Source of the DNA: Rickettsiales bacterium | GTDB lineage: Bacteria; Pseudomonadota; Alphaproteobacteria; Rickettsiales; UBA998 | Length of the DNA: 64,000 bases | Direction: 5' to 3' | Assembly (NCBI GenBank): GCA_965248995.1 | Contig: CBDFKY010000022.1 | Coordinates: forward strand, 15,996 to 79,995 | Part shown: one piece after another, positions 26,309 to 35,103 of the stretch | Position numbering within the stretch: the stretch's first letter is position 1 | Layout: each line of letters begins with the position of its first letter | Made by a program: the position numbers and the translations under genes | The notes under the pieces: generated by a model | Databases searched by the model: none | What the model was told of the DNA's origin: nothing | The model's input: only the letters and a program-made list of their open reading frames with translations

Positions 26309-26324
26309 TGGCACGAATTTCGCA
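26309..26324 (+). promoter_or_regulatory. Candidate sigma-54 (-24/-12) promoter for flgB-flgC-fliE
   Basis: TGGCACGaattTCGCa has GG and GC separated by exactly 10 nt, against the consensus TGGCACG-N4-TTGC. It lies 45 nt upstream of the flgB ATG. Confidence 0.5.
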
Positions 26325-26368
26325 TATATCCTGAAAAACAGAACTGTCTTTCCTAAGGTTAAGCGGAC

Positions 26369-26779
26369 ATGGATTATTCCGGTATCAAGCTGCTGCAGAT
26401 GATGCAGACCAAGATGGCCTATCTCTCCGAGAAGCAGGACGTGCTGGCGCAGAACATCGCCAACGCCGATACGCCGGGATACAAGGCCAAGAAAATGAAG
26501 GATCTGGATTTCGACCGGCTGGCGCTGGCGGAATCACGCCGCCTGCAGATGCGCGCCACCAGTACGGGCTCCAGTTTGGAAGGTAGTCGCCCCACACAGC
26601 AGTTCCGGCAGGAAAAACAGCGCAAGACGTTTGAGACGACTCCGGTGCAGAACAACATCGCGCTGGAGGAACAGATGGCGATGGTGGCGCAGAACAACCT
26701 GGATTACACCACCGTCACCAACCTCTATACTAAGACGACCGGCATGTTCAAAATCGCGCTGGGACAGGGCGGTAATTAA
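26369..26779 (+). CDS. flgB: Flagellar basal-body rod protein FlgB
   Basis: LSEKQDVLAQNIANADTPGYKAK is the rod protein N-terminal signature. Gene order is flgB-flgC-fliE. Confidence 0.9.
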   Translation: MDYSGIKLLQMMQTKMAYLSEKQDVLAQNIANADTPGYKAKKMKDLDFDRLALAESRRLQMRATSTGSSLEGSRPTQQFRQEKQRKTFETTPVQNNIALEEQMAMVAQNNLDYTTVTNLYTKTTGMFKIALGQGGN

Positions 26780-26808
26780 GGCTGGCTAATCATTAACAGG
26801 AGCAACCT

Positions 26809-27222
26809 ATGGTAGATCTCGTCAATTCCATGTATATCGCAGCCTCAGGCATGCACGCGCAGAGCGACCGGCTGCGCATTGTCGCGCAGAACATCGCCAA
26901 CGTCGATTCCACGGGCCGTTCCCCGAATGAGGACCCTTACCGCCGCAAAGTCGTGACATTTAAGAACCAGCTGGACCGTGAAATGCATGCCGATCTGGTC
27001 AAGGTCGGGGAATACGGCGTGGACAGGACGGATTTCCCCAAACGCTACGATCCCTCCCATCCGGCGGCGGATAAGGACGGGTACGTGCGGATGCCCAACG
27101 TCAACCCGCTCCTCGAAATGGTGGATATGCGGGAGGCCCGCCGTGCCTATGAAGCCAATATCGACATGGTGGAGACCACCAAGGGAATGCTGCTGCAAAC
27201 CGTGAATATGTTGCGTTCATAA
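26809..27222 (+). CDS. flgC: Flagellar basal-body rod protein FlgC
   Basis: AASGMHAQSDRLRIVAQNIANVDST, and a C-terminus VNPLLEMVDMREARRAYEANIDMVETTKGML. An AGGAG RBS is present. Confidence 0.92.
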   Translation: MVDLVNSMYIAASGMHAQSDRLRIVAQNIANVDSTGRSPNEDPYRRKVVTFKNQLDREMHADLVKVGEYGVDRTDFPKRYDPSHPAADKDGYVRMPNVNPLLEMVDMREARRAYEANIDMVETTKGMLLQTVNMLRS

Positions 27223-27245
27223 GCGAAATCAGGCAGAATCATTCC

Positions 27246-27608
27246 ATGGCATCAGAGATCAACTCTTCCCAGTCCAGTTTTTCGCAGGCGACCGCCGCGT
27301 ATAAGAATACGGCGAAAATGCAGCGCGGGGGGCAGGATTCCGCCATTCCCGATGCGCTCGGCCTGCCGGGCGAACAATCCTCGCGTTTCAAGCCCAGTTT
27401 CGAGGAACTGGTCACCACCGGACTGGAGAAAGCCAAGGGCGCGGAATATAAAGGCGAGGCGATCAGCGCCAAGGCACTGGCCGGTAAAGCGGAATATCAC
27501 CAGCTGGTGACTGCCGTCGCCAATGCCGAGCTAACGCTCCGCACCGTTGTTTCCGTGCGCGACCGTATGATTTCCGCGTATCAGGAAATCATCAAGATGC
27601 CGATTTAA
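27246..27608 (+). CDS. fliE: Flagellar hook-basal body complex protein FliE
   Basis: The C-terminus HQLVTAVANAELTLRTVVSVRDRMISAYQEIIKMPI is typical of FliE. Confidence 0.88.
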   Translation: MASEINSSQSSFSQATAAYKNTAKMQRGGQDSAIPDALGLPGEQSSRFKPSFEELVTTGLEKAKGAEYKGEAISAKALAGKAEYHQLVTAVANAELTLRTVVSVRDRMISAYQEIIKMPI

Positions 27609-28687
27609 GGTAGCAGCCGTACGGTTTTCAGCTGGTCATTTTCCAGGGGGAGCGTTTCAGTCAGTATCCCGGATGATGCAATTACCGAAAGTGACTGACC
27701 ATTACCCAGTGCCGGCAACCCTTTCTCCCCTATGACATGCGGCGCCTTGAACCAGTAAAGCCTGTTGACGATGCTCGACGCGAGCGCCGCCGTGGTCAGT
27801 GCCTGCCCCCCTTCGATCAGGGCGCGGTGAACGCCTTTGGTAGCCAGAAGGCGCATCGCTTCGTGAAATCCGAAAGCTTCCGGCAGGCAATATAGCGTTA
27901 CCCCGCCGCGTATTAAAGGAGGGGCGGAAGGATGTTGCTGGGTTTTTGAGGTAAGGATCCAGGTGGGATATTCATGGGCGCTCCGCACCAGCGCCGCCTG
28001 CGGAGGCGTGCGCAAATGGCGATCGAGAATCACCCGCAGGGGAGAGGCGGGTTCCAGACCCGGCAGGCGGCAGGTAAGCTCGGGATCGTCCGCCAGCACG
28101 GTCCCTACCCCCGTCACGATCGCCTGATGCTCCGCCCGTAGACGATGGCCACGCAGCCGGGACGCTTCCGAAGTGATCCAGCGCCGGTCGGGATCGGTGA
28201 TCTTCTCATCCGCCGAAGTGGCGATTTTCACGCTGATAAAGGGCAGGGATTCGCGGATGCGCCGGAAAAAACCGCTGTTGAGCGCTTCCGCCTGTTTCCG
28301 CAATACACCGACTTCCACCATGATCCCCGCTTCTTCCAGACGGGCGATCCCTTTTCCCGCCACGCGGAAGTCCGTATCACCGCAGGCGATCACCACCCGT
28401 CGGATGCGGGAGGCTATCAATGCGTTGACGCAAGGAGGGGTATGACCATAATGCGAACAGGGCTCCAGAGTGACATACGTGCTCGCCCCATGCGCATGAA
28501 TGCCCGCGGAAGAGAGCGCCTGCGTTTCCGCGTGCGGCCTGCCGCCCGGCGCCGTCCATCCCTGGCCTACGCACCGTCCATCCCTGACGATGACACATCC
28601 GACAGCCGGATTTTCCGCCGTCCTGCCCGCAGTGCGTTCCGCCAGGCTCAGGGCATAGCGCATCCAGCGTTCATCGTCCGTTTCCAT
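27605..28687 (-). CDS. ribD: Bifunctional riboflavin biosynthesis deaminase/reductase
   Basis: Cytidine-deaminase-like zinc motif (HAETQAL...TLEPCSHYGHTPPC) followed by the reductase domain. Length 360 aa. Confidence 0.92.
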   Translation of the reverse strand: METDDERWMRYALSLAERTAGRTAENPAVGCVIVRDGRCVGQGWTAPGGRPHAETQALSSAGIHAHGASTYVTLEPCSHYGHTPPCVNALIASRIRRVVIACGDTDFRVAGKGIARLEEAGIMVEVGVLRKQAEALNSGFFRRIRESLPFISVKIATSADEKITDPDRRWITSEASRLRGHRLRAEHQAIVTGVGTVLADDPELTCRLPGLEPASPLRVILDRHLRTPPQAALVRSAHEYPTWILTSKTQQHPSAPPLIRGGVTLYCLPEAFGFHEAMRLLATKGVHRALIEGGQALTTAALASSIVNRLYWFKAPHVIGEKGLPALGNGQSLSVIASSGILTETLPLENDQLKTVRLLP

Positions 28688-28716
28688 GCGGTCAATGATA
28701 GAAAATCGAGAAGGAT

Positions 28717-29379
28717 TTAACTACCGAATAATGCGTCGATATCGTTCTGCGTCACGCCCGCGCCGGGCAACTGCGGTCCGCCCATCAGCGCCGCGTCGGA
28801 ACGGGTGTCCTCCAGAATGCGTTCGCTGTCCTTGCCCGCCAGTTCCATGATGTCCGAGCTGTCGCTGCCGAACAGCTTGGCGAGGCGGGCGATTTTCGCT
28901 TCCACGTATTCCAGCGTCTTGATGACCTTGGTGATGCGCTGGCCGGTGATGTCCTGAAAATTGCAGGCGTCGAAAATCTTAGTGACCGAATCCATGATCG
29001 CGGCCTTATGCGCATCGTTCGGCAGCGCTCCGGCCGACGCCGTGATGGCGTCCGCGGCGTCCAGGATGGAGTTCGTCGCCTCTTCGGTGGCTTTGACCAC
29101 GGCGTTGAGTTCTTCCCCCGCCGAGCCGAAAAATTCGGTACCGCTGTCTTCCGGCACCATATCGAAGATTTCCTTGCGGGCCTGCGAGATGTACTGCGCC
29201 AGTTTAGTGACTTCCGAGCGCACGAACCGGTCGATCCGGGGGTCGCCTACGCCGGAAGTAAGCGCCACGTCCTCGAAAATACCGGCGATATCGTCGATGC
29301 TGATCGTACCCTTGCTTTCCAAGATACGAATCAGGCTTTTGAGCAACGCCTTGCCGATCTGATCCTGCGCTAATGTCAT
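28717..29379 (-). CDS. cheZ: CheZ-like CheY-P phosphatase
   Basis: ACNFQDITGQRITKVIKTLEYVE contains the CheZ catalytic D..Q motif. The C-terminal peptide NDIDALFGS resembles a CheY-binding tail. The gene is directly downstream of cheY. Confidence 0.8.
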   Translation of the reverse strand: MTLAQDQIGKALLKSLIRILESKGTISIDDIAGIFEDVALTSGVGDPRIDRFVRSEVTKLAQYISQARKEIFDMVPEDSGTEFFGSAGEELNAVVKATEEATNSILDAADAITASAGALPNDAHKAAIMDSVTKIFDACNFQDITGQRITKVIKTLEYVEAKIARLAKLFGSDSSDIMELAGKDSERILEDTRSDAALMGGPQLPGAGVTQNDIDALFGS

Positions 29380-29419
29380 GCTGTCACCCCTGATATGGTT
29401 GCGCGTAACCGTGCCGCGC

Positions 29420-29803
29420 TCACGCGGCGAAGACGCTTTCGATCTTCTGCTTCAACGTCTCGGCGTTGAAGGGTTTCACGATGTAGTTACTCACCCCCGC
29501 CTGCTTGGCAGCCACGACGTTCTCCGTCTTGCTCTCCGCCGTCACCATGATGAACGGGATGGCTTTCAGCGCGTCTTCCCCGCGCACTTTCTGTAGCAGT
29601 TCATAGCCGGACATCGGCTCCATGTTCCAGTCGGAGATCACCAGCCCGTATTTCTTTTCCTTCAGCTTGGTGAAAGCCATACCGCCGTCCGTCGCCTCGT
29701 CCACGTTGGCGAAGCCGATCTGGCCGAGCAGGTTCTTGATGATGCGCAGCATCGTTTTATAATCGTCGACGATCAGGACATTCATATTTTTATCTAGGGT
29801 CAT
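29420..29803 (-). CDS. cheY: Chemotaxis response regulator CheY (single receiver domain)
   Basis: MNVLIVDDYKTMLRI...LVISDWNMEPMSG...IPFIMVTAESK...AGVSNYIVKPF is the canonical receiver pattern. The ATG at 29803 is chosen over the upstream extension, which does not look like protein. Confidence 0.9.
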   Translation of the reverse strand: MTLDKNMNVLIVDDYKTMLRIIKNLLGQIGFANVDEATDGGMAFTKLKEKKYGLVISDWNMEPMSGYELLQKVRGEDALKAIPFIMVTAESKTENVVAAKQAGVSNYIVKPFNAETLKQKIESVFAA

Positions 29804-29912
29804 GGTGTATCGAAGCTCCCGCCAAGAGGTATTGGACAAAGTGAATGTAATGAAGCTAAAATACGGGGAATCCTTTAACAGTACGTTAAACGCAAAGCGG
29901 AAAAAACAAATC

Positions 29913-30110
29913 ATGATGAAATGGAACGATACGCTGGAAATCGCCATCGCGCTGGAAGAGGCGCATCCGGGCGCGGATAACGTGAATCTGCGTTATACCG
30001 ACCTGCGCGACTGGATCCTCGGTCTAGAAGGATTTGAAGGAAAAGCCGACGGCTGCAGCGAAAAAATTCTCGAAGCCATCCAGACGGCGTGGATGGAAGA
30101 GCGGGAATAA
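29913..30110 (+). CDS. iscX: IscX (YfhJ)-like Fe-S assembly accessory protein
   Basis: MMKWNDTLEIAIALEEAHPGADNVNLRYTDLRDWILGLEGFEGKADGCSEKILEAIQTAWMEERE aligns over its whole length with E. coli IscX as I recall it ([64 protein letters not shown]). Confidence 0.75.
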   Translation: MMKWNDTLEIAIALEEAHPGADNVNLRYTDLRDWILGLEGFEGKADGCSEKILEAIQTAWMEERE

Positions 30111-30114
30111 TTTT

Positions 30115-30507
30115 TCAGCGGGCCGGGAGGTTTGACGAGGAGGAGGGGCGACGGAACTGTTCCAGCCGCTGCTGCTTTTCCAGGTGAACCCTGATTTCCG
30201 GATCTTCGGCGTTTGCGGCAACCACCATGTCCCCGACATCCATGCAGAACGTTCTCAACGCCTTGCGCAGCGACGGCACGGAATCCTTTTCGAACCAGGC
30301 GATACGGGGCTCGGGTATCCCACTTGCCCGCAGCTCGGCGACAATGTGGGAGACGATCGTCTTTTCCATGGAAGGTTCACCGAAATGTTTATCGTCGATA
30401 GTGCAGAGCGGCGCCAGCTTTTCGGCGGTCCATTGACATCCGAACTCGTAAGCGTTCGGTTTCGGCTTTTCTGCGATGCTGCACATAGCGTTATTCCATC
30501 TCGGCAA
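30115..30507 (-). CDS. Hypothetical protein (about 125 aa)
   Basis: ORF with codon usage like its neighbours. No motif recognised. The start is ambiguous (30507 or 30486). Confidence 0.45.
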   Translation of the reverse strand: MPRWNNAMCSIAEKPKPNAYEFGCQWTAEKLAPLCTIDDKHFGEPSMEKTIVSHIVAELRASGIPEPRIAWFEKDSVPSLRKALRTFCMDVGDMVVAANAEDPEIRVHLEKQQRLEQFRRPSSSSNLPAR

Positions 30508-30581
30508 AAATACGTGGTAATCGGTGACTACGTTCGGTAAAGCGTGTATAGCAAAAAACTGTCAGTAGATATTAATTAATT

Positions 30582-31055
30582 ATGACAAATATTAGTCTGC
30601 CGAATCGTTCTGCGGATAAAATCGGATCATTGGCGGCATCGCTCGCCACTGCGGCGCAGCCGGGCGACTGCCTCGCTCTGACCGGTGATCTGGGCGCAGG
30701 AAAAACGTTTTTCGCCCGGCATTTCATCCGGGCGCTGTGCGGTGAGGTGGACGTCGCCAGTCCCACCTTCATGCTGGTGCAGCATTATGAGACGACCACC
30801 CGCCTTCCGGTCGCCCATTACGATCTCTACCGCCTGAAACACGCGGAGGAGATAGAGGAAACCGGACTGACGGATACCCTGCGGACCCATATCAACCTGA
30901 TCGAATGGCCGGAAATCGCAACCTCTTACCTGCCCGCCGAAACCCTGCATATTGTGTTTGCTTTTAACCCCTCCCTTCACTATCGTGACCTGGTGATCAC
31001 AGGGAATGCCGCATGGATGAAACGCTTACCACCTCTTCTCTTATCAAACCGGTAA
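30582..31055 (+). CDS. tsaE: tRNA t6A37 biosynthesis ATPase TsaE
   Basis: LTGDLGAGKTFFARHFIRAL, SPTFMLVQHYE and VAHYDLYRL are the YjeE/TsaE signatures. Confidence 0.9.
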   Translation: MTNISLPNRSADKIGSLAASLATAAQPGDCLALTGDLGAGKTFFARHFIRALCGEVDVASPTFMLVQHYETTTRLPVAHYDLYRLKHAEEIEETGLTDTLRTHINLIEWPEIATSYLPAETLHIVFAFNPSLHYRDLVITGNAAWMKRLPPLLLSNR

Positions 31056-32125
31056 TGCCGATGCCCACTCCCGCCGAACGCCAGCGCCAGAAGGAAATCG
31101 CCGAGTTTCTGGCCGACTGCGGTAAAGACGGCGGGCGGAAGGTGAGAATCAGCGGGGATGCGTCGCACCGTCGCTACCAGCGGATCTTCCATGAGAACCA
31201 GACCTGCATGCTGATGGATTCGCCCGTGGATAAGGAGCCGGTGGAACCGTTCGTTGCGGTGGACGCGCTGCTCAGGGATCGCGGGTTTTCCGCGCCGGAA
31301 ATCCTCCATGCCGACCCCCAAAAAGGGCTGCTGCTGCTGGAGGATTTCGGCAATACGCTGTTTTCGAAATTTTTCCATGACGCGGCCATTGAGAATATCG
31401 AGCTGGTGCAGAAAAAACTCTATAACGAAGCGACCAACATCCTGATCGCCTTTGGCCGTCAGGGTCTGGAAGAGGGATTCGCCACCCCCGATCTTCCGCT
31501 GTATTCGGAAGAAATGCTGGAGAGGGAAGTGCTGGCGTTCGCGGAATGGTTCCTGCCCGAAGTGCTGTCCGGTTCCCTGCTGAAGGAAGCGCAGCAGAGC
31601 TGGAAACTGCTCTGGCGTTTCCTGATCAGCAGCAGCGATCTGCGCCCGCAGGTGCTGGTGCATCGTGATTTCCACGTCGATAATCTCTGCTGGCTGGAAG
31701 AGCGCGAAGGGCTGCGCCGGGTCGGCCTGCTGGATTTCCAGGATGCGGTGCAGGGCAGGCTCGCCTACGACCTCGTTTCCCTGCTGGAAGACGCCCGGCG
31801 CGATGTGCCGCGTACCCTGCAGGCCCAGCTGAAGGGTGAATTCATCCGCACGCTGGAGCTGGATGAGAAAGCGTTCCTCGCGGAATACGCATTGTACGGC
31901 GCGCAGCGCAACGCCAAGATCCTCGGCTATTTCGTGCGGCTGTTCCGGCGCGACGGCAAACCGCGCTACCTGGCGATGATCGACCGGGTCTGGGCGTATT
32001 TCATGCAGGATATCCAGCATGACGCGCTGGAAGACGTGCAGAGCTGGGTCGCCAAATACTTCGATTCGGACGCCCGCAAGCGCGTGGCGGACATCGCGAC
32101 CGCCCCCCTGCATCAGCAACGCTGA
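31055..32125 (+). CDS. amgK: Aminoglycoside-phosphotransferase-fold kinase, AmgK-like (anomeric MurNAc/GlcNAc kinase)
   Basis: HRDFHVDNLCWL and GLLDFQDA are the APH/choline-kinase catalytic motifs. TAATG start-stop overlap with tsaE, and the gene is followed by murU. An alternative upstream ATG is at 31013. Confidence 0.7.
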   Translation: MPMPTPAERQRQKEIAEFLADCGKDGGRKVRISGDASHRRYQRIFHENQTCMLMDSPVDKEPVEPFVAVDALLRDRGFSAPEILHADPQKGLLLLEDFGNTLFSKFFHDAAIENIELVQKKLYNEATNILIAFGRQGLEEGFATPDLPLYSEEMLEREVLAFAEWFLPEVLSGSLLKEAQQSWKLLWRFLISSSDLRPQVLVHRDFHVDNLCWLEEREGLRRVGLLDFQDAVQGRLAYDLVSLLEDARRDVPRTLQAQLKGEFIRTLELDEKAFLAEYALYGAQRNAKILGYFVRLFRRDGKPRYLAMIDRVWAYFMQDIQHDALEDVQSWVAKYFDSDARKRVADIATAPLHQQR

Positions 32126-32904
32126 TGACCGTCGTGGAGATGGGAAGCCACGAGGGGCAGCCTGTCACGCAGGCGATCATCCTGGCGGCGGGACGCGGCG
32201 CCCGTTTTCGCCCGGTGACCGATACGCTGCCCAAACCGCTGGTGCAGATAGGCGGCAAGGCGCTGATCGAATGGCAGATCGAAGCGTTGCTGGCCCAGGG
32301 CGTTAAGCGAATCCTCATCAACTGCTGCTATCTGGCGGACCAGCTCATCGCGCATGTGGTTGCGCAGGGTTATGACGGCGACATCATTTTCTCCCATGAG
32401 GAGACAGCGCTGGAAACCGGCGGCGGCATCAAACGCGCCTTGCCGCATTTTGAAGGCAGGTTGTTTTATGCCGTCAATTCCGATGTGGTGCTGTGGCCGA
32501 CAAGCGGCAATTACCTCGCGCAACTGCGCCGTGCTTTCACTCTGCGTCCTGAGTTGAAACTCGCCCTGCTGTTGCATCCGACGCTCGGAGCCATCGGCCT
32601 GAACGGGGCCGGGGATTTTTTCTGTCATACCGATGGGATGCTGTGGCGGCGGGGAATGCAGAAAACCGCGCCTTATTTTTTCACCGGTCTGCAACTGATG
32701 CATCCTTCCGTGTTCGACCGGATGGAACAGACGATTTTTTCCATGAATCACGTCTATAACCAGCTCCTCGCCGAGATGCCGGAAGCGATGGCGGGAATCG
32801 TCAATCCCGCCGGGTATATGCTGCATGTGGGGGACGCCCAAGGGCATGCCGCCTGCGAAGCGTTCCTGCAGAAACATTCCGTTGCCAGCGTAACGGCGCT
32901 GTAG
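32125..32904 (+). CDS. murU: Sugar-phosphate nucleotidyltransferase, MurU-like
   Basis: AIILAAGRGARFRPVTDTLPKPLVQIGGKALIEW is the nucleotidyltransferase N-terminal signature. TGATG overlap with the preceding kinase gene. Confidence 0.7.
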   Translation: MTVVEMGSHEGQPVTQAIILAAGRGARFRPVTDTLPKPLVQIGGKALIEWQIEALLAQGVKRILINCCYLADQLIAHVVAQGYDGDIIFSHEETALETGGGIKRALPHFEGRLFYAVNSDVVLWPTSGNYLAQLRRAFTLRPELKLALLLHPTLGAIGLNGAGDFFCHTDGMLWRRGMQKTAPYFFTGLQLMHPSVFDRMEQTIFSMNHVYNQLLAEMPEAMAGIVNPAGYMLHVGDAQGHAACEAFLQKHSVASVTAL

Positions 32905-33030
32905 CCGTCACAAAAGCTTTATAAAATCATTCCACAGGAATTAACGTGACTGTCATACATTATTGTTATGGTAATAGTATATAAGTACTGATTCTGCTAA
33001 TGTAAATATTTAGTAACCAGAGTAAACAAC

Positions 33031-34176
33031 ATGCCCGATACCCAGACTCCCGCCCCTGTCTCCAGCCCTTCCTCTATCGCGGAGGCGCTGCCGCCGTACG
33101 TGCAGAAATCCGTATCCGATATAGTGAACAACGTGACGTTCAAATTTCCGGACATCATAGAGGGATCGGCTCCTTCCGCCAGCGTCGCGCCGCCAGCGGC
33201 CGCACCCGCGCCTTCGACGACGGCACCTCAGCCTCACGGGCGCTGGGCTTACGTGAAACCGGGAATGCATACCTATGATCTTCGCAAGGAAGACCAGGCA
33301 TATCTCCAGCAGGTGTTGGCGGATACGGATCAGGCGTATGTAAGGGATCAGGTGAAAAAATACGGTATCGATTCCCTCATCGGACCCGGCACCAACCGTT
33401 ACCTTGCCGACAGGGGGGTGGTAAAGGACCGCAGCGGTACGCTGGATATCGCAAAGCTCGAAAAGTTCGATAATGATTACAAACTGGCCAATCCGGGGAA
33501 ATATGCAGAGGCGCAAAAGCATTATCCAACCGGGTTCGTTGCGCAGCCTTCCTCCACGCCACAGCACTCAAATACGAGCGCTGCGTCAACGAAAGCTCCG
33601 CAAGCGGGCCATTTGCTTGCGGAATACCCGCATGGATTTATCCGTTATATTCAGCAACTGTTGGTGGATGGGCATTACCTGCCTAACACGACCGAGATGA
33701 ACGGCATCGCCGATGCTAAAACGATTGCGGCGGCGAAAACAGCCGGCTTCGCCGATCAGAAAGGCGTACTGACGGATAAGGGATTCAAGCTGATTCCCGA
33801 GGATCTGCATACGGCTCCGCATGCCTATCTGAACGCCATGTCCAAGGAGCAGATTCTAGAGTTGCAGAATGCCCTCGCGGAAAAAAATCTGCTTTCCAAA
33901 GGCAAGATTACCGGAAAAGCGGATCCGGAGACGATCGAAGCGGCAAAAAAAGCGGGGGTATTGGATTCGCAGAACAAGTTCAACAGTCTCGGTCTGAAAA
34001 ATCTTGAATCGCGTGCAGGGCAGGATCCGAATTTACATATAGTCTGTCGAACAGACGTGGACGACAAAAATGCCACCTGTCCGGATGTCGCGCCTTCTCA
34101 TCCTACTATCGGCAGCGTAAGCCCTTCGCCGGTGCCTGCCGTACCAAATGGAGCAGCCAAAGGCCCGAGTAAATAG
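33031..34176 (+). CDS. Hypothetical protein with two to three peptidoglycan-binding-like (PG_binding_1-type) repeats
   Basis: Repeats are FIRYIQQLLVDGHYLPNTTEMNGIADAKTIAAAKTAGFADQKGVLTDKGFKLI and ILELQNALAEKNLLSKGKITGKADPETIEAAKKAGVLDSQNKFNSLGLKNL. The N-terminus is Pro/Ser/Ala-rich, and an AT-rich region lies upstream. Confidence 0.55.
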   Translation: MPDTQTPAPVSSPSSIAEALPPYVQKSVSDIVNNVTFKFPDIIEGSAPSASVAPPAAAPAPSTTAPQPHGRWAYVKPGMHTYDLRKEDQAYLQQVLADTDQAYVRDQVKKYGIDSLIGPGTNRYLADRGVVKDRSGTLDIAKLEKFDNDYKLANPGKYAEAQKHYPTGFVAQPSSTPQHSNTSAASTKAPQAGHLLAEYPHGFIRYIQQLLVDGHYLPNTTEMNGIADAKTIAAAKTAGFADQKGVLTDKGFKLIPEDLHTAPHAYLNAMSKEQILELQNALAEKNLLSKGKITGKADPETIEAAKKAGVLDSQNKFNSLGLKNLESRAGQDPNLHIVCRTDVDDKNATCPDVAPSHPTIGSVSPSPVPAVPNGAAKGPSK

Positions 34177-34236
34177 GTCCCGTTTTCTCTCTTATTTCTA
34201 TTCACTCCTGCATCGGTATGCGGTAAGAATAAACGC

Positions 34237-35103
34237 ATGAGAGTCGCATACGTAAACGGGAAATATGTTCCCTATCATCTGGCCACCGTGCCGATGGAAG
34301 ACCGGGGGTATCAGTTCGCCGACGGAATCTATGAAGTGGCGATGTTCTATCACCGCCGGTTTCTGGACTGGGAACCGCATATGCGGCGCTTCGACGCCTC
34401 CCTCAAGGCGCTACGCATTGAGGCGCCAATGACGAAGAAAGCGCTGGAACTGGTGGTGCAGCGCCTGCTGCAGGCCAATGATTATCGTGACGGCTCGCTC
34501 TATATCCAGGTGACGCGCGGCGTGGCGAAACGCAACCACCTGTTTCCGAAACAGACGCCTCCCAGCATCACCATGAGCGTCATGCCACTCAAGCCCGCCG
34601 CCCCCGATGCCTACACGAAGGGGGTGAAGGTCATCACGCTGGCGGATGAACGCTGGGGCCGCTGCGACATCAAATCCATCGCTTTGCTTCCGAACGTATT
34701 GGCGAGGCAGGCCGCGTACGAAGGGGGGGCGGTGGAAGCGTTCCTGTTCAATGCACAGGACTGTCTGACCGAGGGCTCCCTCTCAACAGCGTATATCGTC
34801 AAGGACGGCACCGTGCATACCCATCCGGCCGGCCCTGCAGTTCTGCCAGGAGTGCGCAAGCAGGTGGTCGCCGCGCTATGTGAAAAGGCGGATATTCCCT
34901 ACCGGGAACGCATGATTTCGCGTGCAGAGGTCATGGAGGCGGACGAAGCGTTCCTGACCAGCGCCAATACCCATGTGCTGCCCGTCACCCGGATCGACGA
35001 GACTTCTCTCTCCGCGGGCAAGGCGGGTGACATCACCCTGAAATTACTGACACTCTACCGCGACCATGTCACGCATCAGACGGGTAAGCGCTGGCAGGCG
35101 TAA
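34237..35103 (+). CDS. dat: Class IV aminotransferase, D-amino-acid aminotransferase-like
   Basis: EDRGYQFADGIYEV, a KSIALLPNVLA-type lysine region and EAFLTSANTHVLPVTRID. Length 288 aa. Confidence 0.75.
   Translation: MRVAYVNGKYVPYHLATVPMEDRGYQFADGIYEVAMFYHRRFLDWEPHMRRFDASLKALRIEAPMTKKALELVVQRLLQANDYRDGSLYIQVTRGVAKRNHLFPKQTPPSITMSVMPLKPAAPDAYTKGVKVITLADERWGRCDIKSIALLPNVLARQAAYEGGAVEAFLFNAQDCLTEGSLSTAYIVKDGTVHTHPAGPAVLPGVRKQVVAALCEKADIPYRERMISRAEVMEADEAFLTSANTHVLPVTRIDETSLSAGKAGDITLKLLTLYRDHVTHQTGKRWQA

Noticed and set aside
30980-32877. Minus-strand ORFs 30980-32119 (379 aa) and 32113-32877 (254 aa)
   Set aside because: They are antisense to the amgK-like and murU-like genes. There are no motifs, and the sense genes carry clear kinase and nucleotidyltransferase signatures and are translationally coupled.
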